DNA of 64,000 bases. Source: a virus. Taxonomy: Duplodnaviria > Caudoviricetes. Position numbers and translations under genes: made by a program. The notes below the pieces were generated by a model. The model made no database searches. It had not been told where the DNA came from and saw nothing but the letters and a program-made list of their open reading frames with translations. The stretch lies in IMG/VR virus record IMGVR_UViG_3300027689_000001, positions 32,001-96,000 of that record; one strand, 5' to 3'. Shown piece after piece: positions 10,200-18,811 of the stretch (its first letter is position 1; every line of letters starts with the position of its first letter).

Positions 10200-11739
10200 C
10201 TAAACTATCTGTTTTGGTATTCCATCCATGTGCGATTTCGTCGCTGATATACCCTTCTTCGGTAGTAGCAGGATTACCAGTTCGTTCTTTCAATCCAGTA
10301 TCTTCTTTATAATTTTTACCAAGAATTTCTTCAGTTGTTGGAACTGGAACATCAACACTATCAATAAAGTCTACAAAAATTTGTGGGAATGTTTCGCGGA
10401 AGTTCTTACCACGACGCACATCATATTGTAGATAGAAATTCTTAAAGTCGTTCCACAACTTTGATTCTTCGCTGGTGTTTATATGTGGTGTTTTAATTAC
10501 GTCAAGGTAATCAATCAAACGCTGAACATGAGAACGTTCCATAAGAGAAAATAATTGTATGCCGTTTTTATCTCTTTCATCTTTACTTACGATGTCCAAC
10601 AACCATTTTTCCAATTTGTTCTTATAAAATTCCTTGATATTAATCGGGAGGATAGCAGGACTTTGGAAACTAGGAAACCGCAAAAGATTCAGGGTCATTG
10701 TTGGAAACTCTCTTCCATATGTTCGTTTTAGGTCGAGCATATCATCCATGAATTCAGTAATCGACGCCAAACAAAGACCATTAATTGTCATCATTATGTG
10801 CAATTTCTTTAGATTTCCTTCAGTAACTAATCGATGGATATTTTCTTTCCACTGATCGTATATCATACCGTCACGAATATAATCTGAGTGTTTTCCAAGA
10901 GATTCGTTACTGGTATACACTTCGAAATCAGGCACGTGATGCGACATCTCAATTAGTTTATCTAGTAACGCTTTCTTAGGAACAAGATTAGAATTCATCG
11001 CATATCTAAGTTTCTTGCCCTTCTCAGGATTGTTTTTGAACCAATCGAATAATTTCCACACTGATGCTGCCATCAAAGGTTCACCGCCAGTGATTCTAAT
11101 TTCTTGCAAATTGTCTTGAAGATCTGATTCCCACCATTTCCAAAATGCCTGAATGTAAGGATTGTTTTCTTCTTTTTCTGCAGCTGGTTTTGCCCACGGA
11201 GAATCATCGATAAAATGCCCTCGCCCATCACTTTGAATGTTACGGTACGGACCAAACTTCTTGATGTCTTTAACCCATGTAGTAGAAAATCCTGGATTGC
11301 AATATGAACAAGCAAAATTACAGGTGCGGTCAAAACTGATCTCGAGAGTTCTAAGAGTTACATCTTCTTCCCAAGGCATGACTGCAGCCTTTTGAATATC
11401 TTCTTGTGAGTAAATCCCTGTCTTGTATACTCGGTCAGAAACATTATTTCGACCAATGTCTTCCACCTTCCAACAATATTCACATTCATTTGGTCGCTTA
11501 CCTTCTTGCATCATCTTACGCATAAGTTTTTTATGCTGCGTATTATGAATTGCAGAAGGATTGTTTTCTAGTTCTTTTGGATCGATATTATGTCCAGGAG
11601 GGTGATGGCATGATGTTGTTTGTCCATGTCCTAACCAAATGGTAGCATTGTACCATTTTGCGGCACAAAATGTATCCGAAATCGGATCGATAACATTCTT
11701 CTTATACTCAAGAAAAATATCGGTCTCTTTTGTGTCCAT
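10183..11739 (-). CDS. twitch/SPASM-domain radical SAM protein (copy 2)
   Basis: CAAKW...SCHH, CEYCW, CNFACSYC and ITGGEPL; start MDTKE overlaps the upstream TAA. Confidence 0.9.
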   Translation of the reverse strand: MDTKETDIFLEYKKNVIDPISDTFCAAKWYNATIWLGHGQTTSCHHPPGHNIDPKELENNPSAIHNTQHKKLMRKMMQEGKRPNECEYCWKVEDIGRNNVSDRVYKTGIYSQEDIQKAAVMPWEEDVTLRTLEISFDRTCNFACSYCNPGFSTTWVKDIKKFGPYRNIQSDGRGHFIDDSPWAKPAAEKEENNPYIQAFWKWWESDLQDNLQEIRITGGEPLMAASVWKLFDWFKNNPEKGKKLRYAMNSNLVPKKALLDKLIEMSHHVPDFEVYTSNESLGKHSDYIRDGMIYDQWKENIHRLVTEGNLKKLHIMMTINGLCLASITEFMDDMLDLKRTYGREFPTMTLNLLRFPSFQSPAILPINIKEFYKNKLEKWLLDIVSKDERDKNGIQLFSLMERSHVQRLIDYLDVIKTPHINTSEESKLWNDFKNFYLQYDVRRGKNFRETFPQIFVDFIDSVDVPVPTTEEILGKNYKEDTGLKERTGNPATTEEGYISDEIAHGWNTKTDSLGVNER

Positions 11740-13271
11740 TATAGTTCCTTGCACTTTTTATAGAAATTATTTAATTCAGGAAAGGTCGTCATAAAATCAG
11801 TATTTCTTCTTTTGTCCATTTCGTCTACATACTCAGAAAAACGTTTCATGTCTAGTTGTTTCTGGCGAGGATCCATTCCTGATTTCAGTATATCTAGGTC
11901 TCGTTGAACCTTGTCGATTTCATATGGTTTGAATCCACGCAAACTTCTGTTATAATCTTCTTGCTGAACGTTATCGCGCATGAATTGTAGGCAGTCTTCG
12001 AATTGTTCAATCATCTCAGTTTCTTCGTGTAGTAATTTCATATTCAACCAAGAAGGACTGTGGAGCATAGGTATGTCGAACCAAATTCTTTGTGCGACAT
12101 TACGAATGAATGGAGGATGCTTGAAACCATCATGATCAGGTGGTTGAATTACTTTTCGTTCTTGTTTATCGAAAGCAAATTCTTCGCGAAGTTCTAGGAT
12201 CCATTCTAAGAATCCTCGCAGTCCAGGAACACTCAGAATATTAAATGTATTGATAATAGTAATACTTGTTCCTTGTGTTGAATGAAGAAACTTCGATACA
12301 TTTGATTTCAAGACAGCATAATCCATACCAGTTCGGATATATTCTGCTTGTTTACCAACACTATCGCAACTTACAAACAACGAGAAGTGTTTGATTGCTG
12401 GAGCAACATACCAATAATTACCACTATCTGGATTTAAACGGTCAGGGTTTTCCCACACTCTGACTTCTTCCAGTTTCTGAACCTTAGAAATAAACTTATC
12501 GAAAATATCAGGTTTTGGAGGACATAAGTTACTGGTAATGCTCACCTCAAGCAGAGAGTTGGGATGTTTATCAACATACTCCAGAACCTTCCACGTATTA
12601 TGATCCATCAAAGGTTCACCACCTGTCATGCGGAAAATCTTAAGATTCTTATAGAGATCTGGCCACCATTTCCAAAATGCCTCAACGTAGGGATTGTCTC
12701 GGTTCGCAACCTTCTTGGGCATCAGATTTATACGAGCGAGTGCATCAAGATCGTTATGCCTTGCATCGGTTAGTGGTATTGCACCATACTTTACGATTTC
12801 TTCTTCCCAAGCAGAACTTAGGTGTGGACTACAGTAAAGACATTTAAAATTACACGCCTGATTGAAGTTGACTTCCACGTATGCGGGAGTCCACGAGGCA
12901 TCTAATTCAGCATCTCCGAGAGTAATCTTCTCGAAGTCAGGAGAGTTCCACCATTCGCTACTACGATAATGTCGATCGCTCGTATGACCTGCATCTTCAA
13001 TACGCCAACAGTACGAACAACCTTTTGGTCGCTCGCCCTTGCGCATCATAGCACGTTCTTCAATTTTCTGGGGAGTATTGTGGAGTAATCCTGGATTTTC
13101 AGACAATCCTTCTAGAGGAATATCGTGTGTCGGCGGATGGTAGCAACTATGCGTCTTACCGTTAGTAAGATGCATACTGACCATATTCCATTTTGCAAGA
13201 CACATCGACGAACTAGCAGACTTCAGTCGCTCTTTCATCTTTTCTGTCACATCATGATATTCATTACTCAT
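11739..13271 (-). CDS. twitch/SPASM-domain radical SAM protein (copy 1)
   Basis: CLAKW...SCYH, CSYCW, CNFKCLYC and MTGGEPL. Confidence 0.9.
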   Translation of the reverse strand: MSNEYHDVTEKMKERLKSASSSMCLAKWNMVSMHLTNGKTHSCYHPPTHDIPLEGLSENPGLLHNTPQKIEERAMMRKGERPKGCSYCWRIEDAGHTSDRHYRSSEWWNSPDFEKITLGDAELDASWTPAYVEVNFNQACNFKCLYCSPHLSSAWEEEIVKYGAIPLTDARHNDLDALARINLMPKKVANRDNPYVEAFWKWWPDLYKNLKIFRMTGGEPLMDHNTWKVLEYVDKHPNSLLEVSITSNLCPPKPDIFDKFISKVQKLEEVRVWENPDRLNPDSGNYWYVAPAIKHFSLFVSCDSVGKQAEYIRTGMDYAVLKSNVSKFLHSTQGTSITIINTFNILSVPGLRGFLEWILELREEFAFDKQERKVIQPPDHDGFKHPPFIRNVAQRIWFDIPMLHSPSWLNMKLLHEETEMIEQFEDCLQFMRDNVQQEDYNRSLRGFKPYEIDKVQRDLDILKSGMDPRQKQLDMKRFSEYVDEMDKRRNTDFMTTFPELNNFYKKCKEL

Positions 13272-13864
13272 TTAATACCAGTCACCATAAATCTGTAAAA
13301 ATGCCCACACTTCAACATACCAGCGTATTCTGGTTCTCTGACTCTGTTGATCAGCAGGAATTCCTCTAGAGTATCAGCAAGTCGAACATGCTCAGGATTA
13401 ACTAGATTATTTCCTTGGACTATGTATTTAGTCCCAGCAGGGATAGAGTTCCACCATGCATCGTAAACCTCTTGTGTTACATGTTCACTGCTGGTGTTGA
13501 TAACGAGATTCGGATATGGTTCATAAGACACCATACCATTGCTCATATCATGTTGTTGGTATTTAACATTCCTACTGAGATTGATTTGGTCAAATACAGT
13601 TTCACATTTAGAATCAAGATCTGTTGTTATGATATTAGTTTCAGGAAATCGTTCAGCAATAAATTGCGCCAGAATACCATACCAACCGCCGAAGATAACG
13701 ATAGATTTTGTCTCTTCTGGAATGCATTCGAGCAACCACTTCTTACTCTCGATCTGACTTGACCAGAAGTTTTCGGAGAATCTGTATGCATTATTCGGAT
13801 TATTGCGGATGTACTCCATCCACTTCATTACAATATCAAATTCAACCACGGCGCATTTTCGCAA
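13268..13864 (-). CDS. class I SAM-dependent methyltransferase-like protein
   Basis: IFGGWYG motif I, acidic TTDLD and INTSSEH. Confidence 0.75.
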   Translation of the reverse strand: MRKCAVVEFDIVMKWMEYIRNNPNNAYRFSENFWSSQIESKKWLLECIPEETKSIVIFGGWYGILAQFIAERFPETNIITTDLDSKCETVFDQINLSRNVKYQQHDMSNGMVSYEPYPNLVINTSSEHVTQEVYDAWWNSIPAGTKYIVQGNNLVNPEHVRLADTLEEFLLINRVREPEYAGMLKCGHFYRFMVTGIK

Positions 13865-14243
13865 TCTCTAAAATTTGTTCATTATTGGTGACAGGAACAG
13901 CATTGCTCTTATGCAAGACACTGATGCCCTTGATTAATGTTCCAGTATATGTATTCTCTTTGCGAGCAAAGGTAACGCCAATACCATCACCAGAAGGATA
14001 CTTTTGACGATGATCGCTGACTTGATAGTCAGGAAGAGGGGTGCCACGCAACTTGGGATTGTAATTGCCTTGACGATAAGAGACATACTCATCGAACGTC
14101 TTAGTTTTAGAACCAATGCGCTTCATCTGCTTGTTGTAATCGATCCAGTCTTGGGAATACTTCGCAGTCACGCCCTTGTTAGAAGTTTTGCGCTTGCGAG
14201 TGCTGGTAGTAGTGAAGGCATGTGACATAAGTTGCATAGACAT
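13842..14243 (-). CDS. conserved T4-like phage hypothetical protein
   Basis: C-terminal YTGTLIKGI...HKSNAVPV motif familiar from T4-like phages; has its own early promoter. Confidence 0.7.
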   Translation of the reverse strand: MSMQLMSHAFTTTSTRKRKTSNKGVTAKYSQDWIDYNKQMKRIGSKTKTFDEYVSYRQGNYNPKLRGTPLPDYQVSDHRQKYPSGDGIGVTFARKENTYTGTLIKGISVLHKSNAVPVTNNEQILEIAKMRRG

Positions 14244-14273
14244 AATATAATCCTTTTCATAGACGACATAGTC

Positions 14274-14302
14274 AGTATACCCGTATTCGAGACAAAAGTC
14301 AA
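14274..14302 (-). promoter_or_regulatory. early promoter TTGACT-N17-TATACT
   Basis: Consensus match; divergent from the plus-strand promoter at 14336. Confidence 0.8.
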
Positions 14303-14335
14303 TGGAAAAAAGATTTTATTTTGACAAATAAGAGC

Positions 14336-14364
14336 TTGACTTTTCCGCAAGAATGGGGTATAGT
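14336..14364 (+). promoter_or_regulatory. early promoter TTGACT-N17-TATAGT
   Basis: Consensus match upstream of the only credible plus-strand genes. Confidence 0.8.
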
Positions 14365-14379
14365 GGTAATAATAAATAA

Positions 14380-14616
14380 ATGGAGATTGTTATGAATGAT
14401 TTTGAAATTTCTACTGAAGCAGAAACTCTTTTGACTACGCTCGGTTATGAGTGGAATGGTTGGGGATATATCGCCGAAGATTTCCTCGAAGTCAACTTCG
14501 AATTGGAAGCGAATGGTATTCCGCAGTATCAGTCGTTCGAAGAGTTTCTTCGTCGTAAATTGGAATGGAAACAGTCGCTGAAGAGCGACATGATTGATGA
14601 AAAGGTTGTAGCATAA
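14380..14616 (+). CDS. hypothetical early protein
   Basis: Follows the plus-strand promoter; GGAG SD (true start may be 14392); acidic ORF. Confidence 0.7.
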   Translation: MEIVMNDFEISTEAETLLTTLGYEWNGWGYIAEDFLEVNFELEANGIPQYQSFEEFLRRKLEWKQSLKSDMIDEKVVA

Positions 14617-14786
14617 TGAGTACATCTATCCACGATCAAGAACTTGATCAACATTTTGGTCGAGTTGAAAGCGAACTTAACACGCAAGAAGTAACAGAAA
14701 CTCCTGTTGTATTTTTCCGATTCAACGAGGACAAGGACAATCCCCTACTTACATGGACGTGGCACGGTAAACCCCATCGAAGTTAG
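14616..14786 (+). CDS. hypothetical protein (56 aa, MSTSIHDQELDQHF...)
   Basis: TAATG overlap with the previous gene; below the ORF-track cutoff. Confidence 0.55.
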   Translation: MSTSIHDQELDQHFGRVESELNTQEVTETPVVFFRFNEDKDNPLLTWTWHGKPHRS

Positions 14787-14834
14787 CAGGAGGTTCGCCC
14801 TCCATGCGCTCGAGCATCATATCGTAGTAATTGT

Positions 14835-15505
14835 TTAACTCTCTTTGCCAGCAATGCTGGCAAACTTTTTAGCATTTTCGACTACTTGGTATACATCCCT
14901 AACCAGTTCGGCAGTTTGCGGTCCGACGATGAGTTTGACTCCATAAGACTTGGTTTGACCTTCCAGACGAGCAGCCAGATTAACGCCATCACCCAAGCAA
15001 TTACAGTCAAAACGCTGAGTGCTGCCCATATTACCAACAACCACAGTGGCAGTGTTAATACCAAGACCCATCCCAAAAGCGGGCACACTTTCTCCTTTAA
15101 TTTCGTCATTGAAAATCTCCAAATCTTTTAACATTAAAAATGTCGTTGTGTGTTAATAAATATACTGGAAGATAGTAAAAATTACAGAGAATCAAACCGA
15201 GAGAGGAAGATAAATGCCAGAGCAAGAACAAGAAAAGAAACAAGACCCACAATTGTTGACAAATTCGGAATCGACACAGAATCACCACTCAGGAGAATTT
15301 CTAATAGATTGGTCTGTAACTGATGGGGATGTTGGGCACCTGAGAGAGTCGCTACAAGATTCGCAATTCCAGCAGCAGATACGCCAAGAATCACTATCTT
15401 ACCAGCCAGACCAGAAAGTGGTTCGCCAATTTCGACCGACTGAAATCGGTAGTTCGGATTAATGAAAACCCGACTGTATTCATCAGTCGGTACTTTCTTT
15501 AGCAT
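14835..15505 (-). pseudogene. CHASE2-domain adenylate/guanylate cyclase pseudogene (multiple deletions, frameshift)
   Basis: Fragments PTDEYSRVFI...GKIVILGVSAAG...TM (CHASE2 C-terminus) and GMGLGINTATVVVGNMGSTQRFD..LGDGVNLAARLEGQTK (class III cyclase C-half). The metal-binding N-half is absent. Confidence 0.85.
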
Positions 15506-15564
15506 TCTCTTCCTTTTTCTTTTCGGAAGAAAAACTAAACTCAAAACAGAATACTTTGAGGATC

Positions 15565-15828
15565 TCAATTTTTAGATTTATCGTCATTGTGATCCTCTTT
15601 TATTTGCAATACGGTACTCACCTTTTGGTTTAATCTTATCAAATCGTTATCGAGCATACGAACTCGATCGATCAACGCAATCAAAATTACATTCGTTTCG
15701 CCAATCAACGGCATTAATTTATCGGTTACGAACTTATAAATGAACCAAACAAAATAACCCATACCGACAGAAGCGACAATAGGAAATCCATACTGCTTTA
15801 CAAGTTCCGCAATGATAGAAGGATCCAT
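15565..15828 (-). CDS. small membrane protein (paralog of 15828-16115)
   Basis: YGFPI + TM + LIDRVRMLDNDLIRL coiled coil. Confidence 0.8.
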   Translation of the reverse strand: MDPSIIAELVKQYGFPIVASVGMGYFVWFIYKFVTDKLMPLIGETNVILIALIDRVRMLDNDLIRLNQKVSTVLQIKEDHNDDKSKN

Positions 15829-16115
15829 TAGTCCTTCCTTGCGTCATTCTTCCCGTCGGCTCGTGCGATTCTGTCTAGATCTGGTTTCAGACCGAGAGCG
15901 GAACTTACAACTGCATCAACGCGAATAATATCATGGTTCATGGTCTTCACTCGGTTATCTAACCCCATGATGATACCCTGCATTCCCTTGAGTGCTTTAA
16001 CAACACTTTCAAGAATATAGTTGATGACAAAATATACGAATACACCTGCAAGCAATGCGCCTGCGATCGGGAAACCAACGTCTCCGATTAATTTAAAGAT
16101 AACATCGTAACTCAT
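15828..16115 (-). CDS. small membrane protein
   Basis: VGFPI + TM + LDNRVKTMNHDIIR; late promoter upstream. Confidence 0.8.
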   Translation of the reverse strand: MSYDVIFKLIGDVGFPIAGALLAGVFVYFVINYILESVVKALKGMQGIIMGLDNRVKTMNHDIIRVDAVVSSALGLKPDLDRIARADGKNDARKD

Positions 16116-16120
16116 ACGAT

Positions 16121-16128
16121 TATTTATA
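16121..16128 (-). promoter_or_regulatory. T4-type late promoter TATAAATA
   Basis: Exact gp55 consensus 5 nt upstream of the ATG at 16115. Confidence 0.65.
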
Positions 16129-16133
16129 AGAAG

Positions 16134-17249
16134 TTATCTTATAATGTCAATTTTTTCAATTGAGTCAGCATTCCAAACTTCTAGATCGCGGCGTAATCGA
16201 CCTTCTGCAACCAGATTATCATATCTAGAAGTTGCTTTACGCTTCCACCACGAAATAATATTATCCATATAATGTTTATCAAAGTTTTGTCCAGGAATTA
16301 ACTTATCCTGCTTGCCGAGAATAACTTCCTTGGAATTTTCATACCCGTATGTTGAAATATAGAAACGCTTCTTGGTGGTAATCTCTTTATTTAGTTTAAG
16401 CGCATCGCAGAACACCGAATACTGTTCGGATTCATGCTCCTTCAGTGATTTGCTGATGATGCTGTTCATCTTGTTCTGCATCTTCATCTTATATGATGCA
16501 ACACCCTCACGACCAAACAATGGCGCTCCACTATTTTTCTCGTAGAACCATTCCATGGTCTCGTCCCAGAAATCGTCGGAGAAAGAAAGAACAAAATTGC
16601 TAAGAGTGTCGCCTGTGTAACGGATAAACGGTTTCAATCCATCGTACTGAGATGCTTGCTTGATGCTACCATATAATGAGGTGGTTTCAAATAGACAAGT
16701 GTCCATGTTATACTTCTTGTTAAACATCTCGCGGAACTCATGCGAGGTGCAAAGAAGTGCAAGAAGTTTACCGCCCAGATAATTAAATCCGAACGGTTGA
16801 GCAGGAACAATGATGAACCCCATGACAGCATGTTTGTTGAACGACCGAAGATCGGGAACTTGTCCGAACCATTCATTACGTGGTCGTGAGTTTATGAATG
16901 GACTGGCAACTCGGCAGAATCCTACGTGCTTGCCAGTATTCTTTTCTCGTACGATGAACTTGATTTCCTTACCGAACGAATTCTCATTACAAAAGGAAGA
17001 AGTGATTTCTACCATTGTAGAAAATTCGCTCGGTGAAGGTTCATAGATCTCAAGATCCATGTCTTCAGGGTGCATATTAAAGTCGGAGAACAGATTGTTC
17101 TCAGGTTCAAACCCTGGAAGAGAGTGAGGAAGGGTTTTCAACCGCTCCAGTTTTTTCATGCGCATATGATCGTCAATACGACCATAATTTGACATGTAGT
17201 CAACGAATCGTTTTGCGATGTATTCTGCGTCGTGTTTTTCTAATATCAT
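16134..17249 (-). CDS. DUF4338 / DruA-like protein
   Basis: VPAQPFGFNYLGGKLLALL, ETTSLYG and SQYDG motifs. Confidence 0.7.
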   Translation of the reverse strand: MILEKHDAEYIAKRFVDYMSNYGRIDDHMRMKKLERLKTLPHSLPGFEPENNLFSDFNMHPEDMDLEIYEPSPSEFSTMVEITSSFCNENSFGKEIKFIVREKNTGKHVGFCRVASPFINSRPRNEWFGQVPDLRSFNKHAVMGFIIVPAQPFGFNYLGGKLLALLCTSHEFREMFNKKYNMDTCLFETTSLYGSIKQASQYDGLKPFIRYTGDTLSNFVLSFSDDFWDETMEWFYEKNSGAPLFGREGVASYKMKMQNKMNSIISKSLKEHESEQYSVFCDALKLNKEITTKKRFYISTYGYENSKEVILGKQDKLIPGQNFDKHYMDNIISWWKRKATSRYDNLVAEGRLRRDLEVWNADSIEKIDIIR

Positions 17250-17792
17250 TTAACCAGTATAAAGCATTTTTTTAATAAAGTCAATGATTTTTTGCTGATC
17301 GTCAAAAGATTCATTAAGAAACTCGGTCATCTCCATCTGAAGAACGAAGTTAGAGCGAATGTTGTTAATTTTACTCTCACGACCCTTCAACCAAGTCTCG
17401 TCTTGATTGCTACCACGTTCTGCATAGCGAACATTCCGAGTTTCCTTAGTGGTTTGTAGATAAACGATACAGGTGTCATACTTATCGACGCATTCTTCTA
17501 GGAATGAACCTGTGCAAAGACGATCGCCTTCGAATAGAACAATGTCATTGGGAGCACGAGATGCGAGAAACTTCACTGCCTCTGGTTGAACTGCCATTGA
17601 CATCTTGTCAGTGCCGCCAAACACTTCGCCTTCTTCATACTTACCTAAAACGTAAATGTTGTCCTTATTATGATAGGGAACCAACTTTACATCAGTCTTC
17701 ACTTCGCGAGAAATGCCAATCTCGTCGAGCAAACGTTTCATAAGGGTTGACTTACCGCTTCCAGGTTCGCCGAAAATTGCAATTACATTCAT
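17250..17792 (-). CDS. P-loop kinase, 5-hydroxymethylpyrimidine-DNA kinase-like
   Basis: GEPGSGKST, GKY...GGTD, FEGDRL and R..ERGSNQ..WLKGRESK; coupled to the aGPT-PPlase gene. Confidence 0.75.
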   Translation of the reverse strand: MNVIAIFGEPGSGKSTLMKRLLDEIGISREVKTDVKLVPYHNKDNIYVLGKYEEGEVFGGTDKMSMAVQPEAVKFLASRAPNDIVLFEGDRLCTGSFLEECVDKYDTCIVYLQTTKETRNVRYAERGSNQDETWLKGRESKINNIRSNFVLQMEMTEFLNESFDDQQKIIDFIKKMLYTG

Positions 17793-18811
17793 CCAAATAA
17801 ATCCTCTAATCCAACTGGTTTCTGTTCAACATCAAACATCCAATTCATTCTATCTAGTGTTCTAGACCGAACGTATTCACCACACTTGTCCTTATTAACA
17901 CCATACCGCGAAAGCAATCGAGAGTCAAGGATTTCTTCGCGAGATTGCCATAAAACATTCCACTCAATACCATACCAACCGTCTGCTGCTACTTTATTAA
18001 TCTCGTCTGCTTGACGATCTAGATAAAATCCTAGATATCGCGACGACCTTTCTCGAAAGATTTTCTTGAACGAGCAAAGACAGGTTTCCATAGTAAATGC
18101 GTCGAACTGTGGCGCAAGAGTTGGATAGCGATGACGTAATTCATCCAGAATCGACTGAGACTGATCTTCCAACCACTGATATTCCGCTTGAGTGAGTTTA
18201 CCATTAATCCATTCTTCCTTATCGAGAGCATAACAGAGACCATTGCGGTGTGACTTGCTACCTGAATAGTCATTCAACATTAGACTGGTAGGTTCGATCT
18301 TAATTCCTGCAGTATGCTTTAGATGCTGCATATAGAACCAAGTCGTGTAGCGACCGAACTTATGATAATTGGTATTGATAACCTTCCAAAGATTATCGAA
18401 GTTTTGAGTTTCGTTATCGCCGTAGTGAGATTCTAATACATCACGTTGAAGTTTCTTACCCATAAACTTCTGATACGACTCAAACATAGAAGGCAAATGC
18501 CCTTTATTGTATTTGGTATCTGTTTGATAACGAAGTCTTTTATAGTTTTCGTTATTCCACCATGTAATACGGTCTACAGTCGCAAGTTCGTAGTCTGGGA
18601 ACTCATTCTTGAGCACCCAAGATGTTGGAAGGTAATAGGTGTTACCGTATAACCAGCACAACCAAATACGTTCCTCGTCATTGTGTTCATATCGCTTATT
18701 GAGGTAGTTGGTCTGCCAGACCGAAGGATCACAATCCTTGTGACTAACAGACCAAGCATACCAGCGAATGAATAATTCTCTGTTAGATACTTCGATCCCA
18801 GAAAGACTCAT
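17789..18811 (-). CDS. alpha-glutamyl/putrescinyl-thymine pyrophosphorylase clade 2-like amino acid:DNA transferase
   Basis: DCDP, EERIWLCWLYGNTY, YQTDTKY, FGRYTTWFY (HhH-like), GSKSHRNGL, METCLCSFKK and RYLGFY.DR. Confidence 0.8.
   Translation of the reverse strand: MSLSGIEVSNRELFIRWYAWSVSHKDCDPSVWQTNYLNKRYEHNDEERIWLCWLYGNTYYLPTSWVLKNEFPDYELATVDRITWWNNENYKRLRYQTDTKYNKGHLPSMFESYQKFMGKKLQRDVLESHYGDNETQNFDNLWKVINTNYHKFGRYTTWFYMQHLKHTAGIKIEPTSLMLNDYSGSKSHRNGLCYALDKEEWINGKLTQAEYQWLEDQSQSILDELRHRYPTLAPQFDAFTMETCLCSFKKIFRERSSRYLGFYLDRQADEINKVAADGWYGIEWNVLWQSREEILDSRLLSRYGVNKDKCGEYVRSRTLDRMNWMFDVEQKPVGLEDLFG

Noticed and set aside
16134-17249. Druantia anti-phage system
   Set aside because: A lone DruA-like gene with no DruE helicase or other partners, in a lytic phage context.
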